Shown here: piece by piece, positions 1-12,429 of the stretch
Layout of the letters: each line of letters opens with the position of its first letter
Position numbering within the stretch: the stretch's first letter is position 1
Assembly: GCF_964213995.1 (NCBI RefSeq)
Contig: NC_135804.1
Location: 111,104,001-111,168,000 of the forward strand
Length of the DNA stretch: 64,000 bases
Direction: 5' to 3'
Source of the DNA: Mustelus asterias
Lineage: Eukaryota
Program-made: the position numbers and the translations under genes
Notes under the pieces: model-generated
What the model was told of the DNA's origin: nothing
Databases searched by the model: none
The model's input: only the letters and a program-made list of their open reading frames with translations

Positions 1-437
1 GTGGGTGGGGGTGGGGGGGCGGTCAGCAATATGGTGAGGGGTGAGATCGAGGTGGACTGGGAGGGTGGGGTCAAAGCTGCCCCGGGTGTGTTCGGGGAGC
101 CAGCGATCAGGCTGTGAGGGGGCTGAGAGGGTCAGCGTTGCGCAGTTATGGGGCTGGCCAGTAATTGGGAGGCCGGCAGACAGACGCCACTGCACACGTG
201 CTGACCTTGACGCTGACAGATCGGTGCGCACGCAGTAGCCCGGTCAGCGCTATGCTGTCAACCTTTCTAGCAGGAATAGGCCCCGCCCACTGATTTGTAA
301 TGAGATTTAGGCTAGTGCATTCTGCACTACAGAGTGTGGGAGATTCATTTTGAAAATCCCGCTGAAAAAAACGGCACGGTTTACTCTAGTTTTCACGCGA
401 ATTCAATACTTGGAATTTTTTTGTGGGATTCCTCTCC
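1..437 (-). mobile_element. Non-autonomous GC-rich interspersed element (putative MITE/DNA transposon), partial
   Basis: Reverse complement aligns by eye with 48297-48700 (e.g. cagcatagc...gatctgtcag...gcagtggc). Confidence 0.6.
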
Positions 438-864
438 GGTCTTTTTCTTAAAGGTGGCCCATGGTTGCTATGCAACAGCTCATTCTTTCTCCAAGGCTCA
501 CAACATAAGCACAATAGAGACACATTTTAAACTGAAACCAAAAATCCCCATACATGCAAACACCTTTGTTTAACATGAATCTAACTAGAGTTTTACCCTT
601 TCTTACCCAGAAAAACGAAATTAAACTCACTTAAATCCATATCTTACTTCTGATACCTAACAGTACAAATGTAGGTCATTTAAAACTACCTTGGCTTTCT
701 GACAGTTTCTAAGTCAGGATGTAATTTACTGACAAGAGGTTTTTCTTCACTAAACTTTCATTTTGATCTGTCTGGCATCAACAATGCTGTTTGTCAACAG
801 CCACTAAAAGGCAAAAGCAGGTCAAATGATTCTCTCTACCATCCTTTGAGAAAGCAGTAAACCA

Positions 865-996
865 TGAAAATAAAACCAAAATACTGCAGATTCTGGAGAT
901 CTCAAATAAAAACAGAAAGTGCTGGAAAAGCTCAGCAGTTCTGTGGAGAAAGAAACAGAGTTATGTTTCAAGTCCAATCTGACTTTTCTTCAGAAG
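865..996 (-). mobile_element. Penelope-like element terminus (family 2)
   Basis: aaataaaaacagaaagtgctggaaaa...ctcagcag terminus recurs at 15372, 17850 and 32720. Hammerhead-like CTGAAGA...GAAA core on the - strand. Confidence 0.55.
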
Positions 997-1058
997 CAGT
1001 AAACCACCACCGACTGCCACCAAAGGGACACTCATAAGAGTAAAGAGCTAGTATGTAC

Positions 1059-1147
1059 CTTGGTATTCTTGTCCTCAATGAAACAGGAGAAGATCAGTCC
1101 TACGAAGCCCTGGTCCATCATCTGGTACATGGCCTGAGTACGGACAT
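1059..1147 (-). CDS. BRCC3: BRCC3 coding exon 4 (gene continues beyond window start)
   Basis: TCTCTGTCAG acceptor. 89 bp encoding (D)VRTQAMYQMMDQGFVGLIFSCFIEDKNTK. AAG|GTACAT donor. Confidence 0.97.
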
Positions 1148-2123
1148 CTGACAGAGATAACAGAGATTACAAAGAAATTGATCAAGTTTGCTTCTTGAAT
1201 AGGTTAGTCATGTAAATTGAACCGGCAAGGAAACTAAATGGACTCCAAACCATTCCAGCAAAAAGACATTAACAGTTAGGATCTGAATTGGTATATTACA
1301 GACATAACACAAATTTTACTGGCAAGGTGCACTTCTATTATGACCTATTGCATAATATCCGAAGGGCTAACATAACTGTCTGCCCTGTCTGACAGTTACT
1401 GTCAAAATCCTTAAGGAAATATATCCACTGCCTGCAAAATGAATAGCAAAGAATCAATTTTCTCTTTTAAGCAGACTCAAACAAAACATTGTGAGATCAC
1501 AGAAGTTCATGCTGCATGACAATATTCGATAACAAAGTCTCTTAACAAATTAAAGCCACTGGATAAAGCTCCCTGATGACCTTGGGGTAAAAACCATCCA
1601 AAATGCTTAGTAAAATGTGAAAAGCCTTTTGGTTTACCTAGTTTATTTTTAAATGGAAGCATCCATATGTCTCTTTGATAACATGAGTCCACTTGACCCA
1701 AAGGTTCCAGATTCTGTTCTGATTTTGCCAGTCTAGGGAATCAATGGGGATACTTCAACTAGGTTGTAAACCACAAAGCCAGGCAGGAAGAAGAAAATAC
1801 AAATAAGCGAGGCAGTGATCCTATGGTGAACTCCGCTGTAAGTACACGTGCTCTGGACAATCAGTTAAGATACAAATGTCAATGTTTTTTTTCAACTTTT
1901 ATTGAAGATGGTGGGAAAAATTGGGAGGTGTGCACAATGAACAGTCAATCCACAATGCTAACATCAACATCTGTCAGTGAATGTTAAAAGTCTATCTCAG
2001 TGTCCTGGTTCATACATAAAATTAATTTATTTGAGCAAGGTACCAGAAGAATGCTATGGGAGGAAAAGCAGGAAATTGCAGGGGCTCTGATGCGAATTTT
2101 TAATTTCTCTCTGGCCATGGGGG

Positions 2124-2522
2124 AAGTTCCGCACACATGAGGACGGCCTAAACCAGGATGTTGGATTTATGTCACATTATCAGTAACCCCCACAGCTTGC
2201 CTCCTGGGCTTGCAGAATCTCACTAGCTGTTCTGTCTGGAGACAATACACATCTCTTTAACCTGGGTTTAATGCTCCCTCCACCCACATTGTCTGGACCT
2301 TTAAGACCTGGCTGGCTTTAGGGATTCGCATTCTAATCAGTATTCTGCAACTTGATTTTGTGTCTGTGCCCTGTTTGAGAGCACATTTCCACTCCATCTG
2401 ACAAAGGAGCAGCACTCCGAAAGCTTATGGTATTTGCTATCAAATAAACCTGTTGGACTTTAACCTGGTGTTGTGAGACTTCTTAATGTGTTCAACCCAG
2501 TCAATGCCGGCATCTCCACATC
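2124..2522 (+). mobile_element. Penelope-like element 3' end / pLTR (family 1)
   Basis: GIY-YIG C-terminal remnant (KFRTHEDGLN) and the same pLTR as 57480-57772. Degenerate hammerhead core. Near-TSD atggg/cggaagt. Confidence 0.85.
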
Positions 2523-2789
2523 ATGGCGGAAGTGCCAGACAACTGGAGGACGGCTAATGTGGTTCCACTTTTCAAGAAGGATGGTAGAGATGAACCAGAC
2601 AATTACAGACCGGTGAATCTCACATCAGTGGCAGGAAAATTATTGGAGAAAATTCTGAAGAAGAGAACTAACCTCCACTTGGAAAGGCATGGGCTGATTA
2701 GTGATAGTCAGCATGGCTTTGTCAGAGGGAGGTCATGCCTAACAAATTAGAGAAACTTTTTCGAAAATGTCTGTTGTTGTAAAGAATTA

Positions 2790-3830
2790 TTTTTCAAACT
2801 GGAGGCCTGTGACCAGCGGTGTGCCTCAGGGATCAGTGCTGGGCCCACTGTTATTTGTCATTTATATTAATGATTTGGATGAGAATATAGGGGGCATGGT
2901 TAGTAAGTTTGCAGATGACACCAAGATTGGAGGCATGGTGGACAGTGAGGAAGGTTATCTCCAATTGCAGCGGGATCTTGATCAATTGGGCCAGTGGGCT
3001 GACGAATGGCAGATGGAGTTTAATTTAGACAAATGCGAGGTAATGCATTTTGGTCGGTTGAACCAGGGCAGGACTTACTCAGTTAATGGTAGGGCGTTGG
3101 GGAGAGTTACAGAACAAAGAGATCTAGGGTACATGTTCATAGGTCCTTGAAAGTGGAGTCACAGGTGGACAGAGTGGTGAAGAAGGCATTCGGCATGCTT
3201 GGTTTCATTGGTCAGAACATTGAATACAGGAGTTGGGACGTCTTGTTAAAGTTGTACAATACATTGGTAAGGCCACACTTGGAATACTGTGTGCAATTCT
3301 GGTCACCCTATTATAGAAAGGATATTATTAAACTAGAAAGAGCGCAGAAAAGATTTACTAGGATGCTACTGGGACTTGATGGATTGAGTTATAAGGAGAG
3401 GCTCAATAGACTGGGACTTTTTTCTCTGGAGCGTAGGAGGCTGAGGGGTGACCTTATAGAGGTCTATAAAATAATGAGGGGCATAGACAAGGTAGACAGT
3501 CAATATCTTTTCCCAAAGGTAGGGGAGTCTAAAACTAGAGGGCATAGGTTTAAGGTGAGAGGGGAGAGATACAAAAGTGTCCAGAGGGGCAATTTTTTCA
3601 CACAGAGGTTGGTGAGTGTCTGGAACAAGCTGCCAGAGGTAGTAGTAGAGGCGGGTGCAATTTCATCTTTTAAAAAGCATTTAGATAGTTACATGGGTAC
3701 GATGGGTATAGAGGGATATGGGCCAAATGCGGGCAATTGGGATTAGTTTAGGGGTTTTAAAAAATAAGGGCGGCATGGACAAGTTGGGCCGAAGGGCCTG
3801 TTTCCATGCTGTAAACCTCTATGAATCTAT
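2790..3830 (+). mobile_element. 5'-truncated CR1 LINE nested in older CR1
   Basis: SGVPQGSVLGP, KFADDTKIGG and LVRPHLEYCVQFWSP motifs. One frameshift near 3140. Tail ends in ctctat repeats. Confidence 0.93.
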
Positions 3831-5141
3831 AACTCTGTTGATGAGAGAAGTGCAGTTGATGTAGTTTATATGGGTTTTAGCAGAACTTTTGACAAGGTCC
3901 ACATGGGAGATTGATTGAGAAGGTTGAAGCACATGGAATTCAGGGAAACCTGGTGAGATGGATCCAAAACTGGCTTAGTAATAGGACACAAAGGGTGGTG
4001 GTGGAAGGCTATTTGAGTGACTGGAGGCTGGTGTCCAGTGTCATACCATAAGGTTCAGTGCTGGGTCCCTATTGTTTGTTATATACATAAATGATACAGA
4101 TGTAGAGGAAATAATAAGCAAGTTTGGAGTTGACACCAAGATTGGTAGGGTGGCTAACAGTAAAGAAGAAGGTTGTAGGTTACAGGAAGATATAGATGGG
4201 TTGGTCAGATGGACAGAGAAGTGGCAGATGGTATTTCACCCTGATAAGTGCAAGGTGATGCACTTTGGAAGAAGAAACAAGACAAAGGAGTATTTAGTGA
4301 ATGATAGGACACTCGGAAGCTCAGAGGAACAAATGGATCTTGGATACTTATTCACAGATTCCTGAAGGTGGAAGAGCAGGTGAATAGGGTAGTTAAGAAG
4401 GCATAAGGGACACTTGCTTTTATCAGTTGTGGTAGAGAATAAGAACAAGGAGGTTATGTTGGAGCTGTACAGAACACTGGATGACCAGAGCTGGAGTACT
4501 GTATGGAATTCTAGTCACCTCACTATAGGAAGAATGTGATTGCACTACGGGGGTACAGATGAGATGCATCAGGATATTGCCTGGGTTGGAGCAGTTGAGC
4601 TATAAGACCCGATAGGCTTGGATTGTTTTCTTTACAGCAGAGAAGGCTGAGGGGGGACATGACTGAGGTATAAGATTATGAGGGGTATGGACAGGGTGAA
4701 TAAGAAGCAGCTGTTCCCCTTGGTTCAGGAGTCAATCACGAGGGGTAGGAGATTCAGGGGGATTTAAGATTTATTTTTCCCCACTCAGAAGGTGGTGAAA
4801 ATCTGGAATGCATTTCCAGGGAAGGTTGTGGAGGCCAGAAACCTTACAACCATTAAAAAATATTTGGATGAGCACTTGAAAAATCATTACATTCAAGGAT
4901 ATGAGACAAGTGCTGGAAAATGGCATTCCCATGACTTTAGTAATAGTTATTGTTGGTGCAGGCTCGATGGGCTGAAGGTACTTTTCTGCGCGGTACGACT
5001 CTATGGCTGTTAACAACTTTGGCATTAAGGAGAAAAGGGGAGAAAAGTCATCACTAGCAAGGGATACCTACTCTCTTAACTACTCACATAAATCATCTTA
5101 GCTTCACTGTTACTTGATACCTAATTCAATCATTTACTTAC

Positions 5142-5229
5142 CCACATGTGAAGGCCATACAGTGATATGAGGGTGAGAATGATACCATCCTACCACTCTC
5201 ATTGGGCGACCAGTCATTTCAGCTAACCT
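5142..5229 (-). CDS. BRCC3: BRCC3 coding exon 3 (JAMM motif)
   Basis: 88 bp encoding RLAEMTGRPMRVVGWYHSHPHITVWPSHV plus G, containing the H-S-H-x7-S-x2-(D) JAMM zinc motif. GTAAGT donor. Confidence 0.97.
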
Positions 5230-6423
5230 GTGCGAGTTGTCAAAGATCGTAAATGAAATCTCTGCCGCATAAGCTTTAAGCGATGCATCTTAGAATCATA
5301 AAATCACCTTCCTAGAATCCTGCAAATTCACAAACTCGATATAATGCAAACCTCCCTAGAATCCTCTGACATCAAAGCACATCAGAAAATATGAACTTCT
5401 CCTAATCCAAATAGAAATACAGAAAAATAAGGTTGTGAAGGAATATTATGATTTAAAAAGACATTTTCTTGTCTCATCTCAGTAGCTTCCAGTTAAATAG
5501 GCAAGATTAAATTTGTTTCATATGTTGATATAGCAGCATGGAGGGAGATTTACTCTTCATCTCCTAGTAATTTTAGTCTGCATTCAACTTCAAAACCCAC
5601 GTGTAAGACTAACATTCTTATATCCTTATTAAGAACCAAGAATTTGGTGTTGTAGATGTGGGGGGTGTCATTTTGAAGCAGATTACATCCTTCCTCAGAT
5701 TTCCTTTTAGTGGAGCTACGTTTCTAAACTCAGTGGGCCCGGTAGTAGTATACCAATGCATCCCTATCAGCTACTACTTTCAGCTGCTGCTCTGCTGCAC
5801 TAGTACTGATATTTAAATGACAATTTTCCCTCTCACTCCTGTCCAGGCTTTCTTTTCTGATTTTTTGAAGTGAGCAGGGTAGATGCAGGGAGAAATGCAA
5901 ATTCAGCAACAACAGCCAGCACTAGAATCAAAACAGTCACTGAAATATCATAACAATAATGGAGTGGAACAATACACTAATGGGAATGCACTGTATGAAA
6001 TGAAAGTGAGGGTCAATGTATTTGTGGATATGTCAACCTATACACAATGGCAAATTTAGGGTATTAGAAGCTTCGTCATTTCAGTGTTCAATTTATATGA
6101 AGGTCGTGGATCTATCTAGGGTGGAAATTGTTGGTTGCCTTGTACCGGAGTTAAAATGGTTACAAATACTATTATCCGAGCTCAGACTGTTTCACAAGGC
6201 AATGGGGGAAGCAAGCTTTACTCTCCACGTAACCTGTATTTATCCAATCTTGGTCTGCTGAACAGGACACTGACTGCAAAAGATCCTTATTTCCGAGCAT
6301 TTAGATGTCTCACCTTGATAAAATATTTTTTTAAACTATGGCAATATATTGCTAGCCAACAAAAATGTGATCATACGTGAATCTCAGAGTCTGTCCTGAT
6401 AGTAATCTCTATGGAAAGGATAT
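5230..6423 (-). other. BRCC3: U12-type (minor spliceosome) AT-AC intron of BRCC3
   Basis: 5' end ATATCCTTT. Branch-site-like TCTTTGAC 9 nt from the 3' end. Terminal CAC. Joining GAG|AGG restores the conserved EAE-RLAE frame. Confidence 0.93.
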
Positions 6424-6543
6424 CTCAGCTTCAGTAGAGGCTGCAGAAAGTTGCTCTGGAGAAATTTCCACCCGATCCTTGCGTTTGTCCGAGCGGCGAA
6501 GAATTATGACAGAATGGATATGAACAATTCTGCTTGTGTCAAC
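6424..6543 (-). CDS. BRCC3: BRCC3 coding exon 2
   Basis: TTTCAG acceptor. 120 bp encoding VDTSRIVHIHSVIILRRSDKRKDRVEISPEQLSAASTEAE. Followed by ATATCCTTT (U12 donor). Confidence 0.97.
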
Positions 6544-7339
6544 CTGAAACAAAAATGAAGAGGTTAATTACCTTCTGTTTCATTATAGCATATCAAAGGG
6601 AATTGGTGGCAAACTGGGTTAGAACATTCTCTCTTATCCCTGGAACCTGGTCTCGTATCCGGCCGGAGAGAACAGATTAAAATTTTCTGTCTGCTGACTG
6701 TGAGCTTTTGCCGTTCCAATTAAACTTGAGATGATTGTGGAAATGGAAATATCACACTGGTGCAATGCAGTGTGATCTACTGAGATTCCAAATAATTGGA
6801 ATATTGGAGTAAGATAGAGAGATCTCTGCATCCTATTCATGTTATACCTGAGTGTACATAATGCTGATACTGAATAGCTAAAATTAAAGTGTTCTGTTTC
6901 CCTATTGGTAACATGCTTCAGAACTAATTAAACATAACACAAAAACACAGTCGATGCTGGGATTTTTCTGTATTTCTCCAATCAACCATTTGGCAGAAGT
7001 GTTGCTCATGTGGCAAAAAACTGGGCTTCCATTAATCTTGAAGTTTATTTATTCAGTGTGTGCAGTCACAGAACCAAGTAACAGCCTTGTCAATGGCTAG
7101 ATGGAGTTCTTTAAGCCCTTCAAATTTAGTCACTGGACATTCCTCGACAATAAAAGATGAATGAAAGAATGAAAAATATTAGATCTTGAGGAGTCTCGTC
7201 AGGACGAGTGTGAAAGGCATGTTTCCAGTAGTGGGAAAATCTACATTAGGGCCCATTTAGCAGGTGAGGAGAAATATTTTCTCTCAGAGGGTTGACGAGC
7301 AGTAGGATGAGAGTGGTTTCTGGTGGATGTTTTCTCCTG

Positions 7340-8330
7340 CCATAGATCCTCAGTGTAGTGGGTTTAACCATATAGGGTGCTATGATGGAAAGCATACTGC
7401 TTGTGGGTTGAAGAGGTCATTCAATAAGGACAGGTTTGAGTTGGAGTAGAACTTCTCTAGTACCTTCCCTGGTGCAATTAACCCCCTAATATATGGAGGC
7501 AAGGGCAACAATGTTACTGAGGACTGGGAGACAGGGGAGGTGAGTTGGTTGAACAGTACATGATAGCGCACATTATTAAGTTGCACGTCGACAAGTTTGG
7601 TGTGGACCGATTGGTACTACTTTCATGCACGGTATTCTTGTATGAGTATGTGATTGGGCAGGGGGGTGGGGGTGGGGGGGGGGGGGGGTCATGAGCAATG
7701 ATCCCATGAGCTACTGGCCAATTTACTAAGGAGGTAATTGCAAATTGTTTTTTCTGCAGTCTTGATGAGGTGCTGGTTATACTTGAAGTTTCTGCCAAGG
7801 ATAACACCTGGATAAACAGGACAGGGATAATTGTTCAATTCCTGGTCATCTAGGGTGATGTTCAGTTTCTGGGAATGCTGGCATTGTCGAACACTTTCCA
7901 TGTTCACTGTGTTGTACTGGTGCTCAGATTTGGGCACCATGTCTTTCAGTGGTCATGATGTGAAGATGCCAGCGTTGGACTGGGGTAAGCACAGTAAGAA
8001 GTCTCACAACACCCAGGTTAAAGTCCAACAGGCTTATTTGGCAGCACTAGCTTTCGGAGTCTCAAGCTCCTTCATCAGGTGAGACTTCTTTCAGTGGTCA
8101 GCCAGCTTTGCAATAGCCTTATTTAGTGTGCCTTCCAACTCAGGGTACATCTGAGCCAGTATGTTACAGCAGATGTCATCTGCAAAGATAAACTTCTGGG
8201 ACTGGTTGGAGGTAGACCATTGTTGTACAAGGTGAACCTGGTTGGAGTTAAGCCAGAGACCTGGGCTTGCCCATTCATCCCTTTTCTTCAGGTTCTAGTC
8301 TTGTCACATTTATGCACTCGAACCATCTGT
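7340..8330 (-). mobile_element. Decayed non-LTR retrotransposon (possibly Ingi/Vingi-like) with Penelope pLTR insertion at ~7955-8083
   Basis: Minus-strand KFIFADDIC RT core near 8170-8200, and PVYPGVILGRNFKYNQHL..LSKLASSSW. Clade assignment is tentative. Confidence 0.55.
8045..8081 (-). ncRNA. Minimal hammerhead ribozyme motif (sense to BRCC3 intron 1)
   Basis: CAC-CTGATGA-A-GGAG(cttgaga)CTCC-GAAA-GC-TA-GTG on the - strand, within a Penelope pLTR fragment. Confidence 0.65.
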
Positions 8331-9749
8331 CCCAGACTAGCAGTTTAATGGCATCAGTAACAAGAGAGGGAGAAATCTTGAAGTTCCGGTGGTTGATTGA
8401 GAGAATCTCTGAGGAAATACCCAAAAATAGTTTGTCCCTTTTGGATTGAATCTGGATATTATAGTTATCTTGCAGTTCCTGGAAATATTACTACAGCAGT
8501 GACCAGGAGGAGAGCAGCTGAGCAAGAACAAAGCAGGTGATAAGGTGCAGTGGGAAGATCAAGTCCAAGAGCAGGAGGAGTTGGAGCTGAGCGAGAGCAG
8601 AGCTGAAGTAGGAGCAGAGCTTGCTAAAAGGTATAATGGCAGAGCAAAGGTGTGGCCAGAAGGATCACAGGCAGAAATGGGATGAGTGAGGTCAAAGTCA
8701 GTGCAGAGAGCAAGGAACAGCAGAACCTGAAGGAACTAAGATCAGTGTCAAGGGCAAGTATGAGGTAAGGATTTCAGAACTAAGACAAGGAACTAGAATT
8801 ATTAAATCAGATTTTAAATCTTAAATGTTCTTTTTCATAATTTTAGTTAGTCCTAGAAATAAAGGTGTGACTGGGCACTTCAGTCCAGTTAGAAGCACAT
8901 CTTGTTTCACATGGGAACTCCAGGAAACTTCTCATGTCCTGGACAACCACATGTGCAGAAAGTGTTTGAACTCCAGGTTTTGGAGTTTGAGTGGAGCGAA
9001 AGTCAGTGTGTGCAACCACAAGACTGGTTTTCATGGCTAACACATTTCAACAGATGGTCATCCTACAGGTTAAGGATGTGGCGGCAATGGTTAGTTTAAC
9101 CATAATGGTGGGAATGCTTTTAGAAATTATAATCAGGGATAAAATTAACAATCACTTGGATTAGGGCTGATTAGTTAAAGCAAATTAGCACAGATTTGTT
9201 AAACACAAACTGTGTTTTAATTAATTTGATTGAGTTTTTTGACAGGTGGCCTGTCCTGGTACCTAACCATGAATCAAATTTTTCATGCAAAGTGAAACAA
9301 AATGCATTCACTAATTTTCTTCCAGCCCATGTGCCTCCCTCCAATCCTAATCCTAACCTTTTAATTTGATCCTAACGCCTGGATTAATTTCTTGTTGTTC
9401 TGTTGACACATGAGAAATGCGGGCATTTCTCATCTTAAAAAGACACAGTCTTCTCCACATATTTTACCAAATATCTGAATGCTCTCACAAATAAAACTAT
9501 CAACACAAGTACAGAATAGCAAACTGTTAACGAACAGTGAGCTCCAGGCGATTCATGGAACAGAAACTGAGGCTTAGTTGGTATTAGGTGGCTGACCTTG
9601 TTCTCCCCTCAATAAATTGTAAACTATGATGGCTAACAGCTAGTTTCTGGGCTGAGTTATTCGGTTTCTGTGTCCATTCAGTAGTAGAACAAACACTTTG
9701 GCCTGTTGCTGTGATGATGGTGGCTCAAATCTCTGCTGGAGGTGATGCT

Positions 9750-11227
9750 ATAGAACATAGAACAGTACAGCACAGAACAGGCCCTTCGGCCCACGATGTT
9801 GTGCCGAGCTTTATCTGAAACCAAGATCAAGCTATCCCACTCCCTATCATCCTGGTGTGCTCCATGTGCCTATCCAATAACCGCTTAAATGTTCCTAAAG
9901 TGTCTGACTCCACTATCACTGCAGGCAGTCCATTCCACACCCCAACCACTCTATGTGTAAAGAACCTACCTCTGATATCCTTCCTGTATCTCCCACCACG
10001 AACCCTATAGTTATGCCCTCTTGTAATAGCTCCATCCACCCGAGGAAATAGTCTTTGAACGTTCACTCTATCTATCCCCTTCATCATTTTATAAACCTCT
10101 ATTAAGTCTCCCCTCAGCCTCCTCCGCCCCAGAGAGAACAGCCCTAGCTCCCTCAACCTTTCCACATAAGACCTTCCCTCCAAACCAGGCAGCATCCTGG
10201 TAAATCTCCTCTGCACTCTTTCCAGCGCTTCCACATCCTTCTTATAGTGAGGTGACCAGAACTGCACACAATATTCCAAATGTGGTCTCACCAAGGTCCT
10301 GTACAGTTGCAGCATAACCCCACGGCTCTTAAACTCCAACCCCCTGTTAATAAAAGCTAACACACTATAGGCCTTCTTCACAGCTCTATCCACTTGAGTG
10401 GCAACCTTTAGAGATCTGTGGATATAGACCCCAAGATCTCTCTGTTCCTCCACAGTCTTCAGATCCCTACCTTTGACCCTGTAATCCACATTTAAATTAG
10501 TCCTACCAAAATGAATCACCTCACATTTATCAGGGTTAAACTCCATTTGCCATTTTTCAGCCCAGCTTTGCATCCTATCTATGTCTCTTTGCAGCCTACA
10601 ACAGCCCTCCACCTCATCCACTACTCCACCAATCTTGGTGTCATCAGCAAATTTACTGATCCACCCTTCAGCCCCCTCCTCTAAGTCATTAATAAAAATC
10701 ACAAAGAGCAGAGGACCAACCACTGATCCCTGCGGCACTCCGCTAGCAACCTGCCTCCAATCCGAAAATTTTCCATCGACCACCACCCTCTGTCTTCGAT
10801 CAGACAGCCAGTTACCTATCCAATCGGCCAACTTTCCCTCTATCCCACACCTCCTCACTTTCATCATAAGCCGACCACAGGGAACCTTATCAAACGCCTT
10901 ACTAAAATCCATGTATATGACATCAACTGCCCTACCTTCATCAACACACTTAGTTACCTCCTCAAAAAATTCTATCAAATTTGTGAGGCACGACTTGCCC
11001 TTCACGAATCCGTGCTGACTATCCCGGATTAATCCGCATCTTTCTAAATGGTCGTAAATCCCATCTCTAAGGACCTTTTCCATCAATTTACCAACCACCG
11101 AAGTAAGACTAACCGGTCTATAATTACCAGGGTCATTTCTATTCCCTTTCTTAAACAGAGGAACAACATTCACCATTCTCCAGTCCTCTGGCACCATCCC
11201 CGTGGACAGCGAGGACCCAAAGATCAA
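9750..11227 (-). mobile_element. Young 5'-truncated CR1 LINE with uninterrupted 466-codon RT frame
   Basis: ORF 9827-11227 carries all RT motifs (DFSKAFDKV, GVPQGS, FADD), followed by a CR1 3'UTR and (ttctatg)-type tail. Confidence 0.96.
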
Positions 11228-11899
11228 AGATCTATAATCAGATACTTATTGGAATTTGAATGATTTCACAGCATTATTATGGACTAATCCAAAATAGTGC
11301 AAAATTGCATAAAGCAGGCTCTCCAGCTCCAATGCAATGTGGCTAAAAGGGAATTCGGAAGAATTTGTTTTCCCTTTATTCTTTCAAGGGATATGAGCGT
11401 CGCTGGCAAGGCCATCCTTAATTTCCCTTCCATTGGGAGGGCTGCTAGGCCATTTTGGAGGGCAGTTAAAATTGTTGTGGATCTGGAGTCACTAGTAGGC
11501 CAGGTTCTGTGCTGTAACAATTCTGTGAATTACTCTACTGTAGTGCAGGGGTCCTAACAATCTGAGCAAAATCCAAATAGCAGAGCTGGGGAAGCATAGA
11601 TCCAACATCACTTGTTCTTCCCAAGCAAACTAGTTACCACATTCAAATAATTCATATCATTAGCATGGATTGCAATGGTTCAAAACAGCTCACCATTACC
11701 TTCTCAAGGGCCAGTAGGGATGGGCAATAAATGCTGGCCTGGCTAGTGATGCCCACATCCCATAAATTAATTAAAAACTCAAAATGTTATTTTCTTGGGA
11801 AAAAAGATTTGAATGAAACAATAACAGCTTCCACCACATTGGAACCTGTATATGATTTCTGCAGAGGTTGGGTTAATAGCTCAAGTTCTAAGGTTTACT

Positions 11900-12250
11900 C
11901 CGGTGGTAGCAGCTAGCACTACTGCTTCACAGCACCAGGGACCAGGGTTCAATTCCTGTCTTGGGTGACTGTGTGGAGTATGCACATTCTCCCAGTGTCT
12001 GCATGGGTTTCCTCCCACAGTCCAAAGTTGTGTAAGTTAGGTGGATTGGCCATGCTAAATTGCCCCAAGACGTGTAGGTTAGGGGGATTAGCAGAGTAAA
12101 CACATGGGGTTATAAAAACAGGTGCAGGGTGGGCCTGGTAAGTGTGTGGGGTTACAAAAATGGGTGCAGAATGGGCCTGATTAAGATGTCAGAGAATTGG
12201 TGCAGACTCAATGGGCCGAATGGCCTCTTTTTGCACTGTAGGGATTCAAT
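11900..12250 (+). mobile_element. tRNA-derived SINE (HE1/V-SINE type)
   Basis: A/B-box head (tagcactactgc...ggttcaattcc), central ggtttcctcccacagtccaaag core and CR1-like tail gggccgaatggcct. Confidence 0.85.
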
Positions 12251-12429
12251 AGCCTCAGTAATTAATCCCTGCACATTATTTTGAAAGGGACTATTTAGAA
12301 AAGCTCTTGCAAAACCTCAACAGAGGTGGGGATGGGGTGAATGGCCTCCTGCTGTATGATTTTGTAAGCAGCATCCCATTGAAGGAGTGATGGAAAATCA
12401 GGCAGTGCCAGCTGGTTGGTCCTGACGAT

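Larger units (their letters stand above)
2050..5010 (+). mobile_element. Decayed CR1 LINE hosting two nested insertions
   Basis: RT motifs WRTANVVPLFKK..NYRPVNLTS, QHGFVRGRSCLTN and KFGVDTKIG, plus a CR1 3' tail. Interrupted at 2124-2522 and about 2790-3830. Confidence 0.9.

Noticed and set aside
10581-11018. 145-aa + strand ORF
   Set aside because: Antisense shadow of the CR1 RT frame.
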